IMG/VR virus record: IMGVR_UViG_3300036770_000417
Location: 1,694 to 65,693 of that record
Source: a virus
Lineage: Duplodnaviria > Caudoviricetes
Reading direction: 5' to 3' (one strand)
Length of the DNA stretch: 64,000 nucleotides
Below, piece after piece: positions 17,844 through 28,508 of this stretch. The notes beneath the pieces were generated by a model. It made no database searches. It was not told where the DNA came from and saw only the letters and a list, made by a program, of their open reading frames with translations. Both the position numbers and the translations under genes were made by a program. Every line of letters starts with the position of its first letter. The stretch's first letter is position 1.

Positions 17844-19663
17844 TCTTCCCTGTATTCGATATCCGCGATGTCTTCCAAGGACGGCATCGGTGCGGAGAAC
17901 TCACCGATTTCGGCAAGGCGCCCCTGCAGTCCTTCAAGCGCGTCGAGGACTCCCAGACGGTTCAGCACCGTCTGCACAGAGGCGTCTGCTTCAGCTTTAC
18001 GGCGTGCGTATTCGGCCTCGGCGATAGCGCGGGCTTCCTCGTCGCGGGCACCCGTGATCTGCATGGCCAGCATGTCGAGACCGGCAGCACTATACATGCG
18101 CTCTGTGATGTCATCAGTGATGCCTAGCATACGGTCCATACCTTGCGTAATCGCATCAAGGTCAGTCGTACGCTGCCGGGCCGCCGTAGCGGCGCGCTCT
18201 GCTTCAAGTTCTTTCTCTCGCAGGCCGAAGTCACGGTCGTCTCTGAGTTTCTCGTACTCAAGTTCACCACGCCGAATGGCGGCGTTGAGCTCGGTGGTCC
18301 GAAGCGTCGTGGCGGCGCTGACTGCGGCGCGCTGGTTGGCAGCAGCCTGCGCAAACATCTCTTGGCCCAGCTGGAGCCCAGCTTTGCCGAGATCGACGTC
18401 GACAACCATGCCGGCCTTGGCAAGGTCAAACTGATCCATAAGGCGCTTGCGGCGGGCAGACTTCTGGTCTGCACGGAGCGACATGGACGCACGACCCGCC
18501 GCACCAAGTGCACCGGCAGCAGTAGACTGGCCACCCGCACCGAGCAGGAACGCCTTGAGTTGATCGCGCCGCTCTTCAGCCGGATCATATTGCGCTTCGT
18601 CGAGCGCGGCGAGGCGCTGCTCCATTTCGGCGAACTTCGCGGCCTTCTCACCACGCCCGAGATACTCGTCTGCGGTAGCAAACCCGCGGCGCATGGCGGC
18701 TTCAGGACCACCAAGGCCAAGACTTGCGATACCGCCACCGCCAGCACCGCCACCAGCATCCGCGTCAGGCGCGGGAGGTTCAAGCGACTCCACCTCGGCC
18801 GCCGGAAGCTGCCCCGGTCCGCCGGGGGCCGGGCGCACAAAGTTCTGCTGCTCCGCCGGTATGTCAATGACCCCAAGGTCGACGATACCCCCTGCAGGGG
18901 GCTCAGGCTGTGGCGGTGTAGGCATCGGCTTAGGGCCCGCACCTTCCGGACCGAACTGCGTGATGGTGCCGGGCTGATAGTCTTCTGGCACCCCGGCGGG
19001 GCGCCCGACATCGGACATGTCGTCTACGAGGAGCATCTCCAGCTGCTCGCGGCTCATGGTAGGCAGGTCGCGGAGGATTTCTTGTGCACGAGCGCGCTCC
19101 TCGTCGGTCTGCCGACGGAACGCTCCTAGCGGCGACGCCTTGGTACCGTACTTCATTTGCACGCGCTGACGCAGGCGCTGCAGGTCGAAGTCTTCGCCGA
19201 TCTGACTTGTGGTCCGGCCTAGCCACCGCCCGAACGGAGTCGCGGCTTCTACCTGCCCGCCCGGTTGAAACGCGACGATGCCCCCACCGGCCATTCTCGG
19301 CACAGGTTGGGGCGCTGCTTGCGGGCGCTGGAGCAGCGCACCGATACCCCCCTGCGCTACCTGCTGCAGGTTCTTCTGCTGCTGCGCTTGGCGCTGCTGC
19401 ATGATGCCTTGAGTTTGCTGTGCGAGCTCCTGCTTGGTGAGCCCGAGCACCTCCTGCTCACGCTGTTGCGCCACCGTTTGCGGCTGCTGTTGCATCTGCA
19501 TCTGCATTTGCCGTGCAGCGGCTTCCTTCTCAGACTTGAGCTTCTGCAAAGCAAGCAGGTCCAGCAGCTGCTGGTTCTGCTGGTACCGCTGCATCAACGC
19601 TTGCGGGTTGCCCCGATACGCATCGACTTTCTGCTGAATCTGCTGGTCGAGACCACCGTTCAT
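17840..19663 (-). CDS. Probable internal virion (DNA ejection) protein
   Basis: Gln-rich N-terminus, MAGGGIVAFQPGG motif, coiled-coil C-terminus; position among ejection genes. Confidence 0.6.
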   Translation of the reverse strand: MNGGLDQQIQQKVDAYRGNPQALMQRYQQNQQLLDLLALQKLKSEKEAAARQMQMQMQQQPQTVAQQREQEVLGLTKQELAQQTQGIMQQRQAQQQKNLQQVAQGGIGALLQRPQAAPQPVPRMAGGGIVAFQPGGQVEAATPFGRWLGRTTSQIGEDFDLQRLRQRVQMKYGTKASPLGAFRRQTDEERARAQEILRDLPTMSREQLEMLLVDDMSDVGRPAGVPEDYQPGTITQFGPEGAGPKPMPTPPQPEPPAGGIVDLGVIDIPAEQQNFVRPAPGGPGQLPAAEVESLEPPAPDADAGGGAGGGGIASLGLGGPEAAMRRGFATADEYLGRGEKAAKFAEMEQRLAALDEAQYDPAEERRDQLKAFLLGAGGQSTAAGALGAAGRASMSLRADQKSARRKRLMDQFDLAKAGMVVDVDLGKAGLQLGQEMFAQAAANQRAAVSAATTLRTTELNAAIRRGELEYEKLRDDRDFGLREKELEAERAATAARQRTTDLDAITQGMDRMLGITDDITERMYSAAGLDMLAMQITGARDEEARAIAEAEYARRKAEADASVQTVLNRLGVLDALEGLQGRLAEIGEFSAPMPSLEDIADIEYREE

Positions 19664-19672
19664 GGCGTCACC

Positions 19673-20524
19673 TTACGTAGCGGGCGTAGTGCTGGGGAAC
19701 AGCAGGTCGTAGAGTTCTTGTATACCCCCAGAGGCGCTCAGCACCTGCGATAATTGACTGGGCTGCATGTAAGAGTACGACTGCGCAGCAATCGGAAGCC
19801 CCTGCAGCAGCGACTGCATATACTGCACCTGCTTGTACGGGAAGTCCCGCTCTTCCTCGAACTGCGCCCGCTCAGCAGAGATACCTGCCTGCTCGATTTC
19901 GCGCTCGCGCGCACCAAGCTCAGCCTGTTTGGTCAGAGCAGCAAGGCCGTAGACATTGGCGGCTTCTTGCGCGGCACGCTGCCGATCCTGCTCGGTGTTG
20001 AACTGCTGCATGGCTTGGTTGTACGCCTGTGCGTAGCCCGTGCCGGTAATGCCCGCGAGGTTCTGGAGCAGGTTGCGGTTGAGCTCCGACTCCATGACTG
20101 CCTGCCGAGAGCCCCCGTAGGCACCAGCCTGCGTAAGCCGGGACGCGTCCATGACGCGCTGAATCTGCGCTTGCCGCCGAGCCTCGTCGATCTGCGGCTG
20201 AAGCGCGGCCATCAGATAAGGGTTCATGTACTGTTGTGCGGATTCCGCAGTGAACGTCTGGGGCACAAACGCGCCCATCTGCTCTGTTGGGATCGTAAGC
20301 CCCGCGACACCTTGGAACGCCGACGTCTCCGCAGCCGACGGACCCGCTGTGAGCGGACCGGTGTAGGCTTGATACGGTTGGTCAGCCATAGCCCAACCAC
20401 GCCCGAGCATGTCGGTAACGTAGGGGCCGGCCCAGTTGGAGAGGGAAGACTCGCTACCTGTGACCTCTCCGACGAGAGGGTCGGTCGTTGTGGTGCCCGT
20501 TGCGCCCGTGGTTCCGTTAGACAT
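19673..20524 (-). CDS. Probable DNA-transfer/pilot protein
   Basis: QQYMNPY, AGAYGGSRQAV, YAQAYNQAMQQF motifs typical of podovirus ejection proteins. Confidence 0.65.
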   Translation of the reverse strand: MSNGTTGATGTTTTDPLVGEVTGSESSLSNWAGPYVTDMLGRGWAMADQPYQAYTGPLTAGPSAAETSAFQGVAGLTIPTEQMGAFVPQTFTAESAQQYMNPYLMAALQPQIDEARRQAQIQRVMDASRLTQAGAYGGSRQAVMESELNRNLLQNLAGITGTGYAQAYNQAMQQFNTEQDRQRAAQEAANVYGLAALTKQAELGAREREIEQAGISAERAQFEEERDFPYKQVQYMQSLLQGLPIAAQSYSYMQPSQLSQVLSASGGIQELYDLLFPSTTPAT

Positions 20525-20532
20525 CGGCTACC

Positions 20533-21309
20533 TCACTTCGGCATGAGTTTGCGGGCGTTGATCTGGCGCCCCTGTTTCGGATTCCCCGTGCGAGCCTTCC
20601 GCACGTTGACCATCATCTCTTCTAGGCGTTTCGCACCGGCGTTGGAGTTACCGTTGCCAAGGTGGCTCACGACGTCCGCGGGTATGACGAACTCTCCGTC
20701 GCTGAGCCGAGCTTCCTGCTGTCCCTCGATGCTTGCACGCACCTTGTCTTCCATACCATCAGTGCCTCCGGCGAGATAGCGCCCGCCTCCGGCAAGTGTG
20801 GCGATGCCGCCCCCGGCGTAGCGGGGTCGGTAGCCCTCAAGCCCTTCGAGTATCGGCGGAGGGAGGTCCTCGATAACCCGCGCCGGGGCGCGCGATACGA
20901 TGGGTGACACGTTACCCTGCGGTGCACGCTCGATAGGCGCTGCACGCATCTGTCTGGCCGGGTTGAGCTGCGTTAGAGACGCGATGCCCGCGGCTTCCTG
21001 AGAAGCCAGCGCGTTGGAGGCGTCCATGTCGCCGCCCTCCTGCGGGACATACTGCTGTGTAGTGAAGTAGCGCCGCCCCGCACTGCCGGGACGCACGTTG
21101 GGGTCGTACGGCACGTTAACCGCCTGCCGAGCCGCGGTGTATCGAGGGATGCCTCCCTGATAGCCGGTAGGCGGTGCCGACGCGTTGCCCGCACCCGATT
21201 GAGCAAGCGCGTAGCCCCCGCCAAGGCTGAGGAGAGTGCGACCCCAGTTGATGTTACCGCCGCTGGTGCTGCCACTCAGGAAGCCGGTAATGTCGTCCCA
21301 CAAGCTCAT
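20533..21309 (-). CDS. Probable internal virion protein
   Basis: YAGGGIATL..GTDGMED..ARLSDGEFVIPADVVS..GNGNSNAGAKRL conserved-looking C-terminal domain. Confidence 0.6.
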   Translation of the reverse strand: MSLWDDITGFLSGSTSGGNINWGRTLLSLGGGYALAQSGAGNASAPPTGYQGGIPRYTAARQAVNVPYDPNVRPGSAGRRYFTTQQYVPQEGGDMDASNALASQEAAGIASLTQLNPARQMRAAPIERAPQGNVSPIVSRAPARVIEDLPPPILEGLEGYRPRYAGGGIATLAGGGRYLAGGTDGMEDKVRASIEGQQEARLSDGEFVIPADVVSHLGNGNSNAGAKRLEEMMVNVRKARTGNPKQGRQINARKLMPK

Positions 21310-24300
21310 CGTGACCCCCTGAGAAGTTCCAGCAAAGTATCATTCACAGCCTCTACTTGTCCACCCTTCGCGTAGGGGCTCGGGAACATCGCCGCCTGCT
21401 GAGGCGTAGCGAAGATGCTGCTGAAGTCGTAGATGTAGCGGAGCTGCAGCGGATCGGGCGTTTTCACATCTACCTTTTGCCCGTACAGGTCCTCCTGTTG
21501 CGCCAGCAGATTCCACAGCGCACCGACGTTGGCTTGCTGCTGGTTGGTCTGCAGCTGCGTCTGGATGTTCTGCTCAATCTGGCGCTGCGTATCAAGCTGC
21601 TGCTGATACTGCAGTTCTTGCTGCCGCCGGGTCTCCAGCTCCGCCTCAAGCTGCTGCTGGGTGTTGAGCGCCTGCTGGACTTGCGTCTGATACTGCTGCG
21701 CGTACAGCCCCGTGGGTGCAAATTTGGACTCCGCTGCGATTTGCACCGGTGTGCCCTGCTGAATCTGAAGCAGCGCGTCGAGGTCAGCCTGCGTGATCTG
21801 CTGGTCGCCGGTGACGTCATAGAGGAGTTGCTCGGGCGTGAACGAGGTGAGCGTCTCTTGCTGCGCGATCAGGTCCGCAACGAAGTCGATGTCGACGTCG
21901 GTAACTTCACCGACCGGCTTGCCGATGAGGTCGGCAATAGCCTGCATGTCCCCGCGGAGCGTGGTCTCGGTCTGGCTGAGCTGCGTCAGCAGGTCTTCTC
22001 GGGTAACCCCGATCTCGTCAAGCAGTGACTGCTCGGTCTGCCCCATACGTGTCAGCAGGTCTGCACGTGTCGTACCCAGATCGGCGGCTACGTCGTCGAT
22101 AGCTTGCGATAGCGCCTCGTCGCGCTCGATACCCGCGGCCTCATAGGCGGCTGCTTGGTTGGCCAGTGCGGTGACAGCCTCGGTGAAGCCCGTGGTCAGC
22201 CGCTCTTCGGTGGCACCGATCTCTCCGAGCAGGGTCTGCTCAGTCACGCCGATCCGATCCAGCAGGTCTTCCCGCGTGGTGCCAACGTCGGCAGCAACCT
22301 CGTCGATGGCTGTCTGCAGTGCCTCGCCGCGGGCGATGCCCTCGGACTCCAGCTCGCGCACCCGGTTGAGGATCGACGCCTCGACCCCGCTGAGCTCCTC
22401 TTGCAGCTCTGTCTCTACCTCGCCCAGTCGGTCAAGGAGCGACTGCTCGGTCTCGCCGAGCTGCGACAGCAGCTCTTCGCGGGTCGCCCCGACGTCGCCT
22501 GCAACTTCGTCGATAGCGGTCTGCAACGCCTCGTCGCGCGCGACACCGGCGGCCTCCAGCTCCTGCACGCGGTCTAGGATCGACGCCTCAACGTCGCCGA
22601 TCTGCTCCTCCAGCCCGCTCACTGCCTCTTCAAGCTTGGTTGTGAGAGACTGCTCAGTCTCGCCAAGACGGTCCAGCAGGTCCTCACGCGTCGTGCCGAC
22701 GTCGGCGGCAACCTCATCCAGCGCAGTCTGCAGCGCCTCGTCGCGCGCGACACCGGCGGCCTCCAGCTCCTGCACCCGGTCGAGGATAGCTGTCTCGACA
22801 TTACCGAGTTCGGCCGAGAGCGCATCGACCCTTGCGTTGAGCGACTCTGCCGTCTCGCCGATACGGGCGAGCAACGTGGCCTCGGTTGTCCCAAGCTCCG
22901 TAGCAAGATCGCTGACCGCAGCCTGAATAGCGTCGTCGCGGGACATGCCCGCAGCCTCGTTAGCCTGAATCTGGTCGAGCAGGCGGTCCTCGGATGCGGC
23001 GATCTCGTCGCGTATCTCGCCGGTAACCGCGTCGATGCGATACCCGAGGGACGCCATCTGTCCTTCGAGGTCTGCCTTGACAGCGGCAATCGCCTCCTGC
23101 ACGCCGGGACCTGTGCCCATCTGGTCTGCGAGCTGGTCTAGCTGATAGACCAACGAGTTATAGCGTGCGGTGGGCAGGTACTCTTCAGCCCGTCCGGCCA
23201 GCTCGGTCTCAGCGTACTGCCCCACAAACTTGGCCAGATCGTCCGGTGACGGGCGCGACAGTCCGAGCGCCTCATAGGCTGCACGGACTTCATCCTCGCT
23301 GACATAGCGCGGGTCCACATAGGCGTCGATTTCGGCTTGGCGCGTCTGCTGGAACGAGGCGTCGTTAAGCTGCCCGGTGAACTGCGCAACCTCTTCGGGG
23401 GTCGGCTGATAGCCAATGGCAGACAAGAAGTCGCGCGCTTCATCCGCCGTAACCTGCCGGGGGTTGACGTACTCACCGATGGCTGCGCGCTGCTGTTCTT
23501 CGGAGGCAGATGCGACAAACTGCGCGATCTCCTGCGCAGTGGCCTGATACCCTGTCGCGGCCATGAACTGCGTGGCCTCTTCAAGCGTAGTAGCCAGCGG
23601 GTCGAACTCAGTGCGCGCTGCGGTGAGCCGTGTGGTCTCAAAGGCGGCGTCTTGGCTCTGACCGATATACGCCTGCGCCAGCGCGTCGGTGAAGGTCAGC
23701 CCTTCTTGCTGGGCGATGGCACGCACCTCGTCGAGCGTGACCTGCCGGGGGTTTACGTAGGCACCAAGCGCGCCGCGCTGCGCGGCCTCTTCGATCTGCC
23801 CGACAAACTGCGTGACTTCCTCGTCGGTGGGCTCATAGCCAAGCTCGCTAAAGAACTCCCGTGCTTCCGCGTCAGTGACCTGCCGGGGGTCGATATAAGT
23901 TTCAACGCGCCCCGGCGCAGTAGACTGAAAGTCTGCACCGCCTTGGCCAACAAACTGACGAACCTCAGCGTCGGTGGGCGTGTATTGCCGGTCAGTGAAG
24001 AACTTGCGGGCTTCGGCCTCGGTAACCTGCCGAGGATCGACGTAAGTCTGGACGCGACCCGGTGCGGTTTGTTCGAAGTCTGCACCGCCTTGGCCGACAA
24101 ACTGACGCACCTCCGCGTCGGTGGGCGTGTAGCCGCGGTCAGCGAAGAACTTGCGGGCCTCAGCATCTGTAACCTGCCGGGGGTTGACGTAGTTACCTAC
24201 GTTGGTGCCCGCTGTGGTTTGGAAGGTAGCACCGCCTTGACCGACGAAGTTCTTAACCTCTGCATCTGTCGGAGTGTAGCCACGGTCGGCGAAGAACTTG

Positions 24301-27300
24301 CGGGCCTCGGCCTCGGTGACCTGCCGGGGGTTGACGTACGTCTCCACGCGACCCGGTGCGGTAGATTGGAAGTCGGCCCCGCCTTGACCAATAAACTGAC
24401 GCACCTCTGCGTCTGTCGGGGTATAACCGCGGTCGGTAAAGAACTTGCGGGCCTCAGCTTCTGTAACCTGCCGCGGGTTGACGTAAGTCTCGACACGTCC
24501 CGGCGCAGTAGACTGGAAGTCTGCACCGCCTTGGCCGACAAACTGCCGGACCTCGGCATCTGTCGGGGTATACCCCCGGTCAGTGAAGAACTTGCGAGCC
24601 TCGGCCTCGGTGACCTGCCGCGGATTGACGTAGGACGCGATCTGCGTCTTCGTCGTGGCGTCCGGCACGGGGCCTACGAACTGCTTCACTTCGGCGTCGG
24701 TAGGCGTGTAGCCTTGGTCGGCGAAGAACTTGCGGGCCTCGGCGTCCGATGTGGCCTGCGTATTCACCGTCTGGCGCAGGGCAAACAGTGCCTGCTCCTC
24801 ATCCTTCTGGCCGACGTAAGCTGCAGCCTGCTCATCCGTTAGCGTGACGCCCTCGGCTGCGGCAGCGGCTTTGACCTCGGCGATGTCAAGGTAGCGCCGG
24901 TCCACGTAGTTCTCGACGTAGGTCGTAAGCCCAACGTCTGTCGAGTTGAGCAGTACGGTGAGCATCTCAGCGTCGGACACGCTGAAGTACGGATACTGCT
25001 CGAAGACCTGCTTAACCTTACCCGTACTAGTGTACTGATCGCTGACAGTGCTCAGAATGTTACGGCGGACAACGTCGTCGGTGATACCGAGATTCTGCAG
25101 CGCCGTGTTAGCCGCTGCGGGGTTGGTCTTGCCATTGGCGATGGCCTTACGCACATCGGCGTTGGTGCGGAGCATGGCATCTGCGACAGCGTGACCTGTG
25201 TACATACCGCCTGCCGTACCGGCACCAGCGATAGCGCCTAGAAGCGCGGCCTGCGCCACGTTACCAAGCACGTCGCGGTTGGGGTCGATCTGCTTGAGTG
25301 ACGTCTCGACGTACAGGGTAGGTAGACCCTCCTCAAACGACTCCTGCACACCCTCGCGCCATGTAACCGCGGCACCTTCTGCGATCCTATCTCGTATGGC
25401 GTTGAAGGTCGTCGCCGCGTTACCCGTGCCGGTGCCGTTAAGCATGACGCGCTCAAAGCGGTTACCGTCGATGATACCCATGCTGGCCAGCGTGGTCAAA
25501 CTACCGATCATGCCCGCAGTGATGGACAAGTCGCGGGCGTAAGTCTCCGCCTGTGCGGCAGTCATACCGCTGTTGACCGCGGTAGCGTAGGCGGTGTCGT
25601 AGGCGCTGTTAGCCGCGCCCCCGAAGGATTCGGCGAGATCGAGCACTGCGGCGGTGCCCAGCCCCACGCGCGCACCCATCTTCTTGGCTACGTCCTCCCC
25701 TGCGGCGGACAGGAGCCGCCGGGTGACCGAGCCGGTGCCACCGCTAGCAAGGAGAATCGGGAACTCTTGCAGGATTTCTTTGCCGATGACTTCCGCAGCG
25801 AACTGCACGGGAGCCTCGCGGATCGCCCCGAACACTGAGCCGATCTTCTCCCAGCCTTCGCCTTGGGCCATGACCCCGTTCATGCGGTCCACGGCCGCGC
25901 GCCACTCGGCCGTCTTTGTGTTCGCCCCTAGCGTAAGCATGTCGTTGGCGATGCGCGCACCCGGTGTAGTGCGCGGGTCAATACCTAGCGACAGCGACAG
26001 CGTAGTGTTAAACGTATCCAGCAGTTCGCCGCCCGCTTCGAGCGCGATACCCGCGGTGTTCTTGAACTCGTCGGACTGCACGGCGTCGAGCGTTTTCGCA
26101 TAGGCAACCGCATTTCTGGAGAACTCGACGACCGCATTGCCGACGATGTTGCCTAGGATAGACGCACTCTGCCCCGTGAGTTGAGCGGCCTGCTCGATAA
26201 ACTGCCCCGGTGCAGTGGTTCTAAGGTCGGCAAGAGTCTGCCCGGCGCGCGTACCTTCAAACCCGGCCAGCGGCGTTGTGCGCCAGCCAGTCACCCAGTT
26301 GCCCTTGAGGTCCTTGTAGGCGTACTGATACGCGCCGGTCGGTGTAGCCCCATCTGCCGGTGTAGACGTGCCGGATGGCCAACCTTTGAGTTGGACGTTG
26401 GGGTTGACCTTGTTGTAGACGGGGATCGAGTATTGCAGCACCATCTGCCCGAGCTCCGGGCTATAGACAGGCTTAGCGACCCCTAGAGTGTTCCAGTTAA
26501 GGAGACCGGTGTTAGGGTCGATGACGCGCACGGCCGCGCCTGCGGCTATCTCTTCAGGCGTTGCGTTGGCGCTTGCGATCCGGTCGATGGTATCGGTGCG
26601 GTCGAGGATGTTTCCCCCGAGGTCAGAGAACTTTTTCACCATCGCGTCGTAGTCGGCCTTGGTGAGCGATTCTCCGACGATACCCGCAGGGCGCCCTGCA
26701 AGCTTCAGCACGTCGTTGATAGCGGCGGTAATTACGGGGTCGGCGCCGACGCTTACCGCGTCCTCGTAGCTATCCAGCACCGCTCCGATGCGCGACTGCG
26801 TGCTGCGGTCGTTCTGCACCGCCGTCAGGTTGTCGTTGTACGTCTTCTTCAGGTTGTCGCCCAGCGTGGCGATAGGCGCGCTCTTGAGCTTCTGCAGCGT
26901 GTTATACTGCGTGTTGATCTGGTTGGTGAACGTACGCAGTTGCTCAGGCGTGAGGTCGCCCGGATCAATCCCCGCACGCGTGAACGCGCCGTCAAGGACG
27001 CGGCGCTGCCAGTCTTGGGTTTCGGCGGCGTACGCTTGCATGTTCGTCGGCAAGCCTTGGTCCTTGCCCGTACGCAGCCAGTGCAGGTACGCGTCGTCGC
27101 TGGACTTCAGCCCGGCAATCTGCCGGTACTCCGACTCGTTGAAGGTCGGGTCCATGAACTTGACAAAGGTCTTGTCGATCTCCGTGTAGAGCGGCGTGAG
27201 GTCAGAGTTCAGCCGGTCCGACGCCGTTTGCAGGCTTCCGAGCGTATTCTCATAAGCCGTTAGTTCAGAGTTGAACCGGGTCTGAAGCGTTCCAAGGTCT

Positions 27301-28508
27301 TTTTCGTACCGATCCAGCGACGGCTTCAGAGTGTTGGTGTAGTCGGCGTTGAACTTGGTGACGTAGTCGTTGTATGCGTTGACCGCGGCTACAAGCGCAT
27401 CGCCGTTAGCCTGCGTCTCATTTGCTTGGAAGTTACTGAGCGCACGGTCATAGAGCGTCTTGAGCCGCTGCTCTTCCGCGACGCCGTTGTTGATCTTGTC
27501 GACGACGCCCGAGTAGGCCGCGTATGTGGAGTCATACGACGCACGCGTGCCGTCCAGCTTCTTTGCTGCAGCCTCGGCCTTCTGGTAATCGCCCGTGACC
27601 TTGTCGAGCGTATTGTTGAGCTTCGTACCCGCGCTGGTGCGGTCGAACCACCGCTGAAACTCTTGGGTGCCGTAGCTGTCGAAGGCGGACCGGATGGCAG
27701 CAGGTACGTCGCCCCCGCTAAACGCCACGGCCGCGGTACGCGCAACGCCGGACGCAAGCGCGCTAACTTGGTCCGGCGACATAGACGTGTTGCGCCCAAT
27801 GAAGTCACCTACGACATCAGTAACAGCACGGCTGGTGAGCACCGCGTCCCAGACAATATCGGCGGTTATGGGGCGCCCTGACGCAGCGGCCGACACAGTG
27901 GACGCAAGCGTGCTGGTGATGACGTTCTGTGCGGCGGGGGGCAGGCTGGCAAACATGCCACCTGTTTGTTGGTTGATCCACCCGGCGGACGCGGAAACAC
28001 CGGCGGATACGCCGCCCGATATGAACGCTTTAACAGGGTCCTGCCCCATGACGATAGCCGTGGCGGCCTTTGCGCTCCCGGCGGTGATAACCGTCTTGGC
28101 AAGCTCCGAGCTCGTGGCCTTGGCCACGGCGTCCCCGGCAACCTTACCAACTGTGGTCCCGACTTTGCCGCCAACATAAGAGATAGCCGTCGCTTTGAGC
28201 GCCTCACCGACGTCTCCGCCCCGAGCCAGTGTAGACGCGCCGTCGATCAGGGGGATAGCCCACGCGTTGCCAGTAACAACCGCGGTCATCTTGGCGATGG
28301 CTTCGATGGGGTTGTCGAAGACAGCCTTCACCGTGCGCCCAACGAACTTGCCGACGGGTTCGATGATGTTGTCTTCTACCCAGCCAGTGGCGCCGCTCTG
28401 GTGCGCGATGACAGTTGCAGCCGTCCCGATAAGCGCACCGGCAACAAGAGAGCCCGTGACCGCAGTGCCAACACCGACAGCAGCACCGAAGACTAGCAGT
28501 ACTGCCAT
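21306..28508 (-). CDS. Giant (2,400 aa) repeat-rich virion-associated protein
   Basis: Hydrophobic Gly/Ala N-terminus, coiled coil, 49-aa tandem repeats, 69-aa acidic helical repeats, EF-hand-like YDVTGDQQITQADL, terminal YAKGG; stop overlaps next start. Confidence 0.8.
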   Translation of the reverse strand: MAVLLVFGAAVGVGTAVTGSLVAGALIGTAATVIAHQSGATGWVEDNIIEPVGKFVGRTVKAVFDNPIEAIAKMTAVVTGNAWAIPLIDGASTLARGGDVGEALKATAISYVGGKVGTTVGKVAGDAVAKATSSELAKTVITAGSAKAATAIVMGQDPVKAFISGGVSAGVSASAGWINQQTGGMFASLPPAAQNVITSTLASTVSAAASGRPITADIVWDAVLTSRAVTDVVGDFIGRNTSMSPDQVSALASGVARTAAVAFSGGDVPAAIRSAFDSYGTQEFQRWFDRTSAGTKLNNTLDKVTGDYQKAEAAAKKLDGTRASYDSTYAAYSGVVDKINNGVAEEQRLKTLYDRALSNFQANETQANGDALVAAVNAYNDYVTKFNADYTNTLKPSLDRYEKDLGTLQTRFNSELTAYENTLGSLQTASDRLNSDLTPLYTEIDKTFVKFMDPTFNESEYRQIAGLKSSDDAYLHWLRTGKDQGLPTNMQAYAAETQDWQRRVLDGAFTRAGIDPGDLTPEQLRTFTNQINTQYNTLQKLKSAPIATLGDNLKKTYNDNLTAVQNDRSTQSRIGAVLDSYEDAVSVGADPVITAAINDVLKLAGRPAGIVGESLTKADYDAMVKKFSDLGGNILDRTDTIDRIASANATPEEIAAGAAVRVIDPNTGLLNWNTLGVAKPVYSPELGQMVLQYSIPVYNKVNPNVQLKGWPSGTSTPADGATPTGAYQYAYKDLKGNWVTGWRTTPLAGFEGTRAGQTLADLRTTAPGQFIEQAAQLTGQSASILGNIVGNAVVEFSRNAVAYAKTLDAVQSDEFKNTAGIALEAGGELLDTFNTTLSLSLGIDPRTTPGARIANDMLTLGANTKTAEWRAAVDRMNGVMAQGEGWEKIGSVFGAIREAPVQFAAEVIGKEILQEFPILLASGGTGSVTRRLLSAAGEDVAKKMGARVGLGTAAVLDLAESFGGAANSAYDTAYATAVNSGMTAAQAETYARDLSITAGMIGSLTTLASMGIIDGNRFERVMLNGTGTGNAATTFNAIRDRIAEGAAVTWREGVQESFEEGLPTLYVETSLKQIDPNRDVLGNVAQAALLGAIAGAGTAGGMYTGHAVADAMLRTNADVRKAIANGKTNPAAANTALQNLGITDDVVRRNILSTVSDQYTSTGKVKQVFEQYPYFSVSDAEMLTVLLNSTDVGLTTYVENYVDRRYLDIAEVKAAAAAEGVTLTDEQAAAYVGQKDEEQALFALRQTVNTQATSDAEARKFFADQGYTPTDAEVKQFVGPVPDATTKTQIASYVNPRQVTEAEARKFFTDRGYTPTDAEVRQFVGQGGADFQSTAPGRVETYVNPRQVTEAEARKFFTDRGYTPTDAEVRQFIGQGGADFQSTAPGRVETYVNPRQVTEAEARKFFADRGYTPTDAEVKNFVGQGGATFQTTAGTNVGNYVNPRQVTDAEARKFFADRGYTPTDAEVRQFVGQGGADFEQTAPGRVQTYVDPRQVTEAEARKFFTDRQYTPTDAEVRQFVGQGGADFQSTAPGRVETYIDPRQVTDAEAREFFSELGYEPTDEEVTQFVGQIEEAAQRGALGAYVNPRQVTLDEVRAIAQQEGLTFTDALAQAYIGQSQDAAFETTRLTAARTEFDPLATTLEEATQFMAATGYQATAQEIAQFVASASEEQQRAAIGEYVNPRQVTADEARDFLSAIGYQPTPEEVAQFTGQLNDASFQQTRQAEIDAYVDPRYVSEDEVRAAYEALGLSRPSPDDLAKFVGQYAETELAGRAEEYLPTARYNSLVYQLDQLADQMGTGPGVQEAIAAVKADLEGQMASLGYRIDAVTGEIRDEIAASEDRLLDQIQANEAAGMSRDDAIQAAVSDLATELGTTEATLLARIGETAESLNARVDALSAELGNVETAILDRVQELEAAGVARDEALQTALDEVAADVGTTREDLLDRLGETEQSLTTKLEEAVSGLEEQIGDVEASILDRVQELEAAGVARDEALQTAIDEVAGDVGATREELLSQLGETEQSLLDRLGEVETELQEELSGVEASILNRVRELESEGIARGEALQTAIDEVAADVGTTREDLLDRIGVTEQTLLGEIGATEERLTTGFTEAVTALANQAAAYEAAGIERDEALSQAIDDVAADLGTTRADLLTRMGQTEQSLLDEIGVTREDLLTQLSQTETTLRGDMQAIADLIGKPVGEVTDVDIDFVADLIAQQETLTSFTPEQLLYDVTGDQQITQADLDALLQIQQGTPVQIAAESKFAPTGLYAQQYQTQVQQALNTQQQLEAELETRRQQELQYQQQLDTQRQIEQNIQTQLQTNQQQANVGALWNLLAQQEDLYGQKVDVKTPDPLQLRYIYDFSSIFATPQQAAMFPSPYAKGGQVEAVNDTLLELLRGSR
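21960..23000 (-). repeat. About 207-bp (69-aa) acidic amphipathic repeats, about 5 copies
   Basis: ILDRVQELEAAGVARDEALQTA.DEVA.DVG.TRE.LL unit; DNA match between 22531 and 22738. Confidence 0.85.
23170..24900 (-). repeat. 147-bp (49-aa) tandem repeats, with degenerate flanking copies
   Basis: acctgccg anchor at 23878, 24025, 24172, 24319, 24466, 24613 (exact 147 spacing); unit YVNPRQVTEAEARKFFTDRGYTPTDAEVRQFVGQGGADFQSTAPGRVET. Confidence 0.92.

Noticed and set aside
23337-24842. 501-aa + strand repetitive ORF, and the 147-bp repeats as a possible CRISPR array
   Set aside because: Mirror of the coding repeats; units are contiguous and in frame with no unique spacers, and there is no cas operon
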